Shown here piece by piece: positions 56,549 to 64,000 of a stretch of 64,000 nt of DNA (within the stretch, counting starts at the first letter, position 1; each line of letters opens with the position of its first letter). Source of the stretch: a virus; IMG/VR virus record IMGVR_UViG_3300036760_000306, positions 32,001 to 96,000 of that record, one strand, 5' to 3'. The position numbers and the translations under genes are program-made. The notes beneath the pieces were generated by a model that was not told where the DNA came from, searched no databases, and was given only the letters and a program-made list of their open reading frames with translations.

Positions 56549-57733
56549 CTAAGCTTGTTGCCCCCATCGTGCTTTGGCTTGTGCTTCAACTTGCGACTCC
56601 AATTCACGAGGGTTGTTGGCTAGTTCAGGATCCTGCAACAGAAGCGCCCTAGCCATAGGCATCAGCGCCCCCCGATCCTGCCCTTTGATCCCGTACGTCT
56701 CGAACAGGCGCACCTGATCTAACTCTGGCTTCTTCAGCATTTCAAGAAAACGCTTCTCAAAGGCGGGGTCATCTGCATGGGATAATAGAATTTCTCTGAG
56801 TCGCACAAGCCCACTCGGCGACAAGAACGACACGGGGGTGCGAACCGTCCACCCCAGATCCAGAAGGTCTAGTAGTAAGTGGATCTCTTGTTCTGGGAGC
56901 CCACGGCTGAGTGCTGTGGCGAACCCTGGTTCTGCTGCAAGCATTTCCTTGAGCACTTCTCCGAGCCCCAGATCATGCAGCAGCTCCACTGACCGGCGGG
57001 GCTGCGGGGACTCCAAGATATCTTCGACCAGGATCTTGCGAACCGCGTCCCAAGGCATCTGCTTTAGTTTGTGAGCGTTCTGCTGGATGCTCGTCCGCAC
57101 ATCGGGCGAGATTTTGAACCCGTACTTCGCCACGAACTTAACGGCGCGAAGCATTCTGGTAGGGTCGTCTGAGAACGTCTTGTCGGGATCCACCGGAGTG
57201 GTGAGCAGGCGGTCCTCAAGGTGTTGTCGGCCTGAGCCGAGCAGATCCAAGACCTCAGCGCGATCCGGCCCGTGTTCCAGGTCCAGAAGACGCCAGAGCA
57301 GCGTGTTAAACGTGAATTCACGACGCTGCAAGTCCTCTTGGATGGTCGCGGGTTCGACCATGTGCGGCTTGTAGCCTTTGCCCGAAGGGTCGCCGTAGCT
57401 CTCCTTACGAGCGTTGGCGATCTCCAGGACTTCGCCCTTCATCTCGTGCCCGTCAAGAAGCCACGTGTCCGCGACCGTGAGGATCGCCACCCCATATTGG
57501 TTAGTCGTCAGGTTCGTGCGAGCCGGAATGACCCGTTGAAGCTGTTCCGCGAACCACGCCGAGTCCTTCTTGCCGCCGAGTGCTACGGAATCGACCACCA
57601 CGTCCACATCTTTGGGCGCAAGCCCCATCAGGTGGTTCCGCACAGCTCCGCCTACGACGTAGACGTGTTCGCCAACCCCAAGGCGTTTGGTGGCCAGGGA
57701 CAGGAAGCGTAAGAGTGCCGTTATTTTTGTCAT
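56549..57733 (-). CDS. cca: Class II tRNA nucleotidyltransferase / poly(A) polymerase family protein
   Basis: VGGAVRN, DVD, R.E.Y, DL.RREFT.N, DDPTR.LRA..F. Confidence 0.85.
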   Translation of the reverse strand: MTKITALLRFLSLATKRLGVGEHVYVVGGAVRNHLMGLAPKDVDVVVDSVALGGKKDSAWFAEQLQRVIPARTNLTTNQYGVAILTVADTWLLDGHEMKGEVLEIANARKESYGDPSGKGYKPHMVEPATIQEDLQRREFTFNTLLWRLLDLEHGPDRAEVLDLLGSGRQHLEDRLLTTPVDPDKTFSDDPTRMLRAVKFVAKYGFKISPDVRTSIQQNAHKLKQMPWDAVRKILVEDILESPQPRRSVELLHDLGLGEVLKEMLAAEPGFATALSRGLPEQEIHLLLDLLDLGWTVRTPVSFLSPSGLVRLREILLSHADDPAFEKRFLEMLKKPELDQVRLFETYGIKGQDRGALMPMARALLLQDPELANNPRELESQVEAQAKARWGQQA

Positions 57734-57761
57734 GTGCCTACTCTATTGAAAAGGAAAAACC

Positions 57762-57962
57762 ATGCCCCCCAAACCGCCACCTACGCCACCTCAAGCTCTT
57801 TGGCCCGCTTGGGAGTACAAAGCGATGACCCTGGACCCTAAGTATGTTGCGGATGCTGAGCGTGTCCTTAATAACCTGGGTGAACAAGGCTGGGAGTTAG
57901 TGTCTATGGTCACGGACTCAGGTAAGGCAATCGCGACCATGAAGCGTAAGAAGCGGGCTTGA
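57762..57962 (+). CDS. DUF4177-like small protein
   Basis: WEYK...LN.LG..GWELV...KR. Confidence 0.75.
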   Translation: MPPKPPPTPPQALWPAWEYKAMTLDPKYVADAERVLNNLGEQGWELVSMVTDSGKAIATMKRKKRA

Positions 57963-58057
57963 TCCCGCACTTGTACTACACCGGCTGCCATAAGACCAGC
58001 GGAAATGCGCAAAATGATTTTCTGGACACTAAGGGGGGGTTCGGTGTAAGCATGGTT

Positions 58058-58489
58058 GTGGCACGACCCAGATCCCAAAAGTTAACGACTAAGATGACCG
58101 TTAGGACAACGCTACCATTAGGTCGGAGTGAGACACTCGGGTCAGCGCAGAACAAGCAGGCCCGACGTCCCGATGCCCCTGGCTACATCACGGGGATGTT
58201 GGGCAAGTGGTTCCTCGTGCTGCATGAGGGGGAAACGAACCCCGCCATCTACAACCAGGAAGAACTGAAGCTTGAGCCTGCGGCATACTGGCGGGTCACC
58301 CACACCCTAGTGGGGCAGCCCTACTTCAAGGAATTCAAAACTCACCGTGAAATCGATAAGCATTTGAAAGAGCTTGGTAAGTTGGGCGGTGTATCTATTG
58401 CTATCGAAGGCCCATTCTACGCCGCAAAGGCGTTGGAAGAAGGCCCCGTCCCCACCCGAAACCTTTTTGATCACTTGAACGACGCATGA
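58058..58489 (+). CDS. Hypothetical protein with C-terminal NLFDHL tail
   Basis: GTG 9 nt after GGTGTA; ends PTRNLFDHLNDA. Confidence 0.65.
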   Translation: MARPRSQKLTTKMTVRTTLPLGRSETLGSAQNKQARRPDAPGYITGMLGKWFLVLHEGETNPAIYNQEELKLEPAAYWRVTHTLVGQPYFKEFKTHREIDKHLKELGKLGGVSIAIEGPFYAAKALEEGPVPTRNLFDHLNDA

Positions 58490-58857
58490 CCCAACCAGTA
58501 AACTGCGCTTTTCACTGCGGACGCCCCACTTACCGAGGAAAACGTCTGTGTAAGACCCACCTGGAGCACCAGCGTCAAAAAATGGCGGCGTACCGGGTTG
58601 AACGAAAGCAAAATGGGCTCTGTTCCAGATGCGACAACCCGGCTCGCATCATGCCCAATGGTAACATCAGCACGCTGTGTGAGAGATGCCGGACTCGTGT
58701 CCGTACGTTAGAGCAGCTTGAGCGTAACCGGATAGGGCGGCTGGTACGTTCCATCCTCAAGGCTAAGGCTGCGGGTAAGACCCTCAAAGAAATAGGAGTC
58801 CGCAAGAAGCTCACCGTAGATCAAATTCGGCAACTACTCGCAGACGCAAAAACCTAA
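58486..58857 (+). CDS. Zinc-finger basic protein
   Basis: C..C..LC..H, GLC.RC, LC.RC. Confidence 0.7.
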   Translation: MTQPVNCAFHCGRPTYRGKRLCKTHLEHQRQKMAAYRVERKQNGLCSRCDNPARIMPNGNISTLCERCRTRVRTLEQLERNRIGRLVRSILKAKAAGKTLKEIGVRKKLTVDQIRQLLADAKT

Positions 58858-58897
58858 TACCGCCTGATTCCTTTACACTCCTGGTGTATCTGCCCGG

Positions 58898-59293
58898 GTG
58901 CCGCACAATAAAGGGATGGACTGGCTGAGGTTGCCGAAAAGAATGGCAATTTACTTTCGTGACTCCTTTGACTGTGTTTGGTGCCGCTGCGTATTCCCTA
59001 TAGACCCTCTCGGTTACGGTTTAACCGTAGACCATATAGACCCCTCCAGGGGTCATGAACTCAGTAATCTCGTGACATGCTGCGGGCCCTGCAATAGTGC
59101 CAAGAAAGTATTGACCCCGGACGAGTGGTACGAACGGTTAGAAGAACGTGGCTACAACATTCGGCGGGTCAAAGAACGTGTGGCCCGCCAGACGCGCAAG
59201 CCACTGAACATGCACGCGGGGAACTGGCTCGCTGGGCTCCGACGCCCCAATTACAAAAACTACGCTACCTATAAGAAGGCCCGTAAACCATGA
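58898..59293 (+). CDS. HNH endonuclease
   Basis: RD...C.WC, DH, NLV.CC..CN..K. Confidence 0.85.
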   Translation: MPHNKGMDWLRLPKRMAIYFRDSFDCVWCRCVFPIDPLGYGLTVDHIDPSRGHELSNLVTCCGPCNSAKKVLTPDEWYERLEERGYNIRRVKERVARQTRKPLNMHAGNWLAGLRRPNYKNYATYKKARKP

Positions 59294-59688
59294 CCGACGA
59301 TCTCGTTGACGACCCTGAAAGTGTTCTGGATGAATCGGATCTGCTGCTTGAGATAGTTCGATCCATCGTCCGCAACCCTCAAAAAGTGGAAGTGGTGGCC
59401 GAACGCGGACCCACCACCACGGTGCTCACCATCACTGTGGATCCTTCGGATCGAGGGCATGTGATTGGCCGCGAACGTAAAACTATGGAAGCGCTGATTC
59501 ACCTCTTTGCAAAGTCTGCTACACTTGAGGACCGTCGAGTCATCATACGTTTGGCTGGGGTAGATCTTCGCCCTCAGCAACGCCCACGGGGACCTCAGCA
59601 AGGCCCTCAGCACGCCCACGGGGACCTCAGCAAAGGGGCCCGCAACGTGACGGACAAACCGGGCCACGTCGATAAGAGATCCCGATGA
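59290..59688 (+). CDS. khpA: KH-domain RNA-binding protein (KhpA-like)
   Basis: IV..P..V.V, V...D.G.VIGR; 3' end carries a short duplication at about 59571-59633. Confidence 0.8.
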   Translation: MTDDLVDDPESVLDESDLLLEIVRSIVRNPQKVEVVAERGPTTTVLTITVDPSDRGHVIGRERKTMEALIHLFAKSATLEDRRVIIRLAGVDLRPQQRPRGPQQGPQHAHGDLSKGARNVTDKPGHVDKRSR

Positions 59689-60662
59689 GATTGCTCTGGG
59701 TAACCGATTGCCATCTTGATCATTTGCGTACCCCTAAGGCAGCGCAGACCTTTGGGGAGTACCTTAGGGTTGAGCAAGAGTTCGATGCCGTGGTGGTCAC
59801 TGGGGATATCGCGGAAGCCCCTTCGGTCCGGGGGCTCCTGGAGAGCTTCGCTCAGGGGGTCGGAAAACAGATCTATTTTGTCCTGGGTAACCACGACCAT
59901 TACCGGGGCAGTATCGCAGGTGTCGAAAAAGAGATGAGCAAGATCCTGGATCCCAACCTCGTGTGGTTGGACCAGGCCCATGACCCCATTTTGCTCGACC
60001 CCGACACTGCCCTCGTGGGGCAGGGCGGATGGTACGACGGCCTTCTGGGTAATGCCGAGAAGTCTCGTGTCCTGCTGTCGGACTTCGCGCTGATCCAGGA
60101 TCTCAGCCCGTTGTATCACGAACTGACCTGGCTCTTTGAGCACGGGGCCCGTGTGGCCCTTCTGGACAAGATCAGGACGCTGAGCAGGCAACACGCTGAG
60201 GCAGCCAAGACCAAGCTGCTTGAGGCTGTGAAGCTCCGCAAACACGTCATTTTCGCGACCCACTACCCACCGTTCGCGGGGGCGTGCTGGCACGAGGGTG
60301 ATATCTCGGATCAGCAATGGATGCCCTGGTTCACCTCGGGGGCAATGGGGGCAATGCTCGGGGAGTTGGCGGCAGAGCACCCGGACAACCGCTTCCTGGT
60401 GCTCTGCGGGCACACGCACAGCTCAGGGGTCTACGAGCACCTGCCCAACCTGCTCGTGCTGACTGGCCAAGCGGTCTACGGGGCTCCCGATGTGGCGGGG
60501 CTCTTGGCGTTACCGTTGCAGCACTGGGTGGGTAACCCAGACCGCTGTGACCGCTGTGACGACCAGGACTTCGAGGCTACCGCGATTCGTATCACCTGCA
60601 AGATATGTCAGCGAACGTGGGATCGAGGCAACGGTCCTTGGGTTCTCAACTCGGAGTCATGA
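59685..60662 (+). CDS. Calcineurin-like metallophosphoesterase (CpdA-like)
   Basis: TD.H, TGDI, GNHD, H.PP, GHTH. Confidence 0.9.
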   Translation: MRLLWVTDCHLDHLRTPKAAQTFGEYLRVEQEFDAVVVTGDIAEAPSVRGLLESFAQGVGKQIYFVLGNHDHYRGSIAGVEKEMSKILDPNLVWLDQAHDPILLDPDTALVGQGGWYDGLLGNAEKSRVLLSDFALIQDLSPLYHELTWLFEHGARVALLDKIRTLSRQHAEAAKTKLLEAVKLRKHVIFATHYPPFAGACWHEGDISDQQWMPWFTSGAMGAMLGELAAEHPDNRFLVLCGHTHSSGVYEHLPNLLVLTGQAVYGAPDVAGLLALPLQHWVGNPDRCDRCDDQDFEATAIRITCKICQRTWDRGNGPWVLNSES

Positions 60663-60830
60663 GCTACCAGGCACAGTACCGCTGTGTCCAGTGCCAGCAT
60701 CGGTTCGAGATCACTCAGGGCGCTTTTGGGTGCCCACCGGGACACCCAAAAGCGGACCCAGATACTCCGTGTGGGCGAAGCATCTCTGGGTAGAGTGGCT
60801 CAACTACCGGACCCTGTTCCCTTGAAACAA

Positions 60831-60858
60831 AAGGGGCCCTGGTTGCCCAAGGCCCCTT
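60831..60858. terminator. Stem-loop between convergent gene blocks
   Basis: AAGGGGCC...GGCCCCTT. Confidence 0.55.
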
Positions 60859-61035
60859 GCTCACTCAGTTCTTAGGACGCTTGTTTTCGAGCGCTACAAG
60901 ATAGCGTTCATTGCGTTCAACGAGCCCCGGGAGCTTCTGGATTACGGCCAGCACTACAGCTAGCTGGCCGTTCAAGGCGTGGTTGTGCTTGACCCAAGTC
61001 TGGGCCAAGCCGTTCGATTTTGCTCCAGGCATGGG

Positions 61036-61863
61036 TCACCTGGAAATCGTGCAACCATGAGGTACCGAGGCGTCGAGCGTAACACGCCGATCGTTGAACT
61101 GCGTCCAAGCCTTTGTGGTCTGGTTTTGCTCAGAGATCCAGAGACGAACCACAGAGCCCGTGCGGATGTGGAAGGCTCGAACGTAGTACGTGCGACCGTC
61201 AATGTGATCGTAGCTCTCTACGACAGCGTTGTCATTCTCGAAGACCAGATGATCAACGCCAAGGTTGTTGACTTTGGTGTTGCCAACTGCGCAGTGAAGG
61301 TTGGTCTTTTCGCCTGTGGCCTTATCAGTTCCCACGCTCGTGGGGATTAGCAAGACCATAGGGTTGACGATGCACCGATGAACGAAGAAAGGTTTGTCCT
61401 TAGACCACTTAGAGGCGATATCCCGCACGTAAGCATGCATTTCTGCCCGAAGCTGGGAAGGGGAGCCCTTTGCCGTTGACGACAGCAAGGGCTCATTGAG
61501 ATCCAGGTCTTCTAAGAACCCGTCTATCTCATCGGGCTCAGACGGCGGGGCAGCAACAGGCTCAGACGCAACAGGTGCTGAATCACCACTCAAAGAGCCT
61601 TGAACCAGCTTTTCCACGAACTGCTTAGCAGAAGCGATTACTTCCGGCTTGGCTCCGGTCAGCGGAAGTGCCTGGAACATGGTTGCTCGGAACTCCGACA
61701 TTCCAACCGCCAGCTTATCGCAATACTGCAAGCTGAAAGCCCCGTGTGTACGAGTGAACTCAACGGGCCACTCATCGGGCGGCAACAACGAGAAGAGTCG
61801 CGCCTGACCTGGCAGGACACTCTGAGCGTACTTCGATCGCACCCCTACTGGTTCTCTAGACAT
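61036..61863 (-). CDS. Hypothetical protein
   Basis: AAGGA SD, 275 aa. Confidence 0.7.
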   Translation of the reverse strand: MSREPVGVRSKYAQSVLPGQARLFSLLPPDEWPVEFTRTHGAFSLQYCDKLAVGMSEFRATMFQALPLTGAKPEVIASAKQFVEKLVQGSLSGDSAPVASEPVAAPPSEPDEIDGFLEDLDLNEPLLSSTAKGSPSQLRAEMHAYVRDIASKWSKDKPFFVHRCIVNPMVLLIPTSVGTDKATGEKTNLHCAVGNTKVNNLGVDHLVFENDNAVVESYDHIDGRTYYVRAFHIRTGSVVRLWISEQNQTTKAWTQFNDRRVTLDASVPHGCTISR

Positions 61864-62609
61864 AACGGTATCCTTTCACGCCCACGCTTAAGCGCAGAGC
61901 ATTGGTTGACGATCACGAACGAGGCATTGGGAATTCGATCCGGTAGGCAAACAACACCTACGTTTCACGAGCGGGCACTGAGAATTCGATTCGTTAAGTG
62001 TAGGCAAAACTGCACCCACACTTTATCGCAAGAGGGAACACCACTTGCGATAAGCCCCTGTACACCAACGAAATGCGAATCTCGAACGAAAACGACCAGG
62101 CCCGGTACGAATTCGGAAAGCCTTTGTACCGGCTGGTTCAGGCCTTCACGGTTGTCGGGAATCCGTTGACGGTGATCCGAAAAGCCGCTGTCAGGATGGC
62201 GGCTTGCACCGCCGGGGGAACCGCGATATCCAGTTCCCGCATGGCTTGGTTCAAGGCATCCCCGTAGCGAAGCCCGGCGTCTTTCAAGACCAAATTGACC
62301 ACTCGCTCCAAGACGGGAGCGTACTGCGTCAGGACTTCACACATTAGGGCTCTCCATGGGTAATGTGAAAATTACAGGCCGCATCCCGGCACTTCAAACT
62401 TGCGTAACCCAGCAGTGGTCCGCCGGTCAACAACTGGGTAGCAAGAGCTGGAAGACTCATCGCAGACTAATGGGGACCGTAGCATTCGATGCACAGGCCG
62501 CCAAAGGGACCACGCAAGCCGTGCGTGTCATGGTGTTAAAACCTGACGGGACGATGCTGCGTGACGAACTCCTCCACACCTTCCCTTCTGATATCTACGC
62601 AATAGGCTC

Positions 62610-62638
62610 TTGACGTTTCGTGGTACGCGGTGTACTGG
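62610..62638 (+). promoter_or_regulatory. Sigma70-like promoter containing the GGTGTA element
   Basis: TTGACG, then 17 nt ending GGTG, then TACTGG. Confidence 0.5.
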
Positions 62639-62680
62639 TCGGTGTAGCTGGTACTTCAACCCAAACATCAGGAACCGCCC

Positions 62681-63166
62681 GTGAGCGAAAAAACCCTTGC
62701 CTCGAAGCTGAGAGAAATTCGTGCCCTCAAGTCCAAAGGATCGGACTTCGAGGTGCAGACCATGTACGAGATCCTTGCCTTGGAGAAGGCATCGGTTCTC
62801 TGGCGTGTTGACGGTACCGAGACGTTTACCTCGGTGCTCAAGCAAGAAGCTGGGATCTGCACCCCGACTCGATTCAAGGCATTCAAGAAGGCCGTCGCGT
62901 GCTTTTCGCAGGCCACGATCGAAAGGCTCGGTGTGCCGTGCGTGTGCCTGCTTGCGGTCCAGAACCAGAGCGTCCGAGCAAAGCTGCTGAAGGCAGCACT
63001 CGCGTTCCGGACAGAGAAGGGGACCGAGCCGACCTACCAGTACATCTCGCGCTTCTTGGCCAAGCCTAAGAATGACCTGCCTTCACGGGCTCGCCTGCTC
63101 AAATACGTCGATGTGCTCAGAGCTGAGATCAAAAGTCTCGGTGGGCGCGTCCCGATGATGGAATAA
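62681..63166 (+). CDS. Hypothetical basic protein
   Basis: AGGA SD with GTG start. Confidence 0.7.
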   Translation: MSEKTLASKLREIRALKSKGSDFEVQTMYEILALEKASVLWRVDGTETFTSVLKQEAGICTPTRFKAFKKAVACFSQATIERLGVPCVCLLAVQNQSVRAKLLKAALAFRTEKGTEPTYQYISRFLAKPKNDLPSRARLLKYVDVLRAEIKSLGGRVPMME

Positions 63167-63186
63167 CCTCAAGGAGATCAGATCAG

Positions 63187-63948
63187 ATGAAAAGCAACGA
63201 ACTCAAGTTCCTACTGGGCCTGCACACTGGAATCAACAAAGGGTGCGAGGTCCTCGGTGTCGATCGCTCAGCCTTCATGGCCACCCTGACACGGTTTATC
63301 GAGACCGTCAGTCTCGGGATTGAAATGGGGCTCAAAATGAAGGGCAAGCCTACCCCTCTGATCACCAAGGTTGCCAAGGGCACGGTTGCCAAGAAGGGCA
63401 AGACCACTTTCTCAGATCGTATGGTGCAGATCATGGGTTCTGCGACCATGACGTCTGAGGAGATCGCGGCAGCGGTCCTCAAGAGGGGCGACGCCCCTAA
63501 GAGCGAAAACCTTCGCGCCTACATCAGCACCACGCTGTCCGCCTCGAAGACGAACGGCAAGAAGACGTTTACGGCCGCCAAGCGTGGCCATTACTTCGTG
63601 ACCGCCACGAAGAAGAAAAACGCGAAGGGTGCAGCCCCCAAGGCCCCCAAGGCCCCCAAGACCAAGGGTAAATCGGCGGACTTGCACCGGGCTGACAAGG
63701 TCCGCACAAGCATCAATGCGGTTCTGGCCAAGGGCGGCGTGATGGGCCTCGGAGAGATCACCAAGGCAGCGAAAGCAAGCCTCATTGGACTCAATGACCC
63801 AAGCAAAACGGTGTGGACCATCATCTCCAAGAGCCCTGACATCGAAAAGGTGAAGCCCGGCTTCTACCGCTTGAAGGGCAAGAAGAAGGCCGTGACGAAC
63901 GGTAAGACCAAGAGCCAGGCCACCCCTGTACTGACGACCCTGAACTAG
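63187..63948 (+). CDS. Basic DNA-binding protein with two winged-helix-like domains
   Basis: First domain aligns by eye with 10480-11397; APKAPK repeats; RGHY and PGFY wing motifs. Confidence 0.75.
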   Translation: MKSNELKFLLGLHTGINKGCEVLGVDRSAFMATLTRFIETVSLGIEMGLKMKGKPTPLITKVAKGTVAKKGKTTFSDRMVQIMGSATMTSEEIAAAVLKRGDAPKSENLRAYISTTLSASKTNGKKTFTAAKRGHYFVTATKKKNAKGAAPKAPKAPKTKGKSADLHRADKVRTSINAVLAKGGVMGLGEITKAAKASLIGLNDPSKTVWTIISKSPDIEKVKPGFYRLKGKKKAVTNGKTKSQATPVLTTLN

Positions 63949-64000
63949 CGGGCCGCAGTGGTGGCGAGAAAGCGTTCCAGCACCGTGTGGGCAGTCTTGT

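Noticed and set aside
59571-59633. Duplicated CCTCAGCA(A)CGCCCACGGGGACCTCAGCAA
   Set aside because: Simple local duplication in the disordered tail of the KH protein.
1-64000. Alternative genetic code (stop-codon recoding)
   Set aside because: Conserved enzymes are full-length in the standard code, and TAG, TGA and TAA all end genes.
1-64000. Cellular chromosome origin because of clpX, coaD, rnhB and nadK
   Set aside because: These genes are isolated among small hypotheticals, homing endonucleases, dNMP kinase and polyvalent proteins, with no cellular operon context. A phage origin is inferred, though no capsid or terminase gene lies in the window.

Overview
This window looks like a 64-kb segment of a large (jumbo-type) dsDNA phage genome of moderately high GC, read in the standard genetic code. 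It is densely packed with short ORFs on both strands. I found no rRNA, no convincing tRNA and no CRISPR array. Recognisable genes include ClpX with an intein, a zincin/topoisomerase IB fusion, Dam methylase, RNase HII, dNMP kinase, a CCA-type nucleotidyltransferase, an amidase, CoaD, MtnD and NAD kinase. There is also a large NAD+/ADP-ribose toolkit: an NrtR-Nampt-CinA/NMNAT operon plus NADAR, macrodomain, Nudix, SLOG and ART-like domains. Four genome-wide patterns stand out. (1) A promoter-like GGTGTA sits exactly 9-10 nt before at least 14 start codons, implying leaderless mRNAs. (2) A short [RK]-[VI]-[AVL]-x-R-[YF]-x-x-A peptide tag heads many unrelated proteins and separates modules within polyproteins, a candidate virion-cargo targeting or processing signal. 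(3) A C-terminal (T/S/N)LFDHL-plus-acidic tail is shared by unrelated proteins. (4) Two tandem NrtR-type operators lie in front of the NAD salvage operon, suggesting ADP-ribose-inducible NAD+ reconstitution. All product calls come from motif recognition by eye; no database searches were run.
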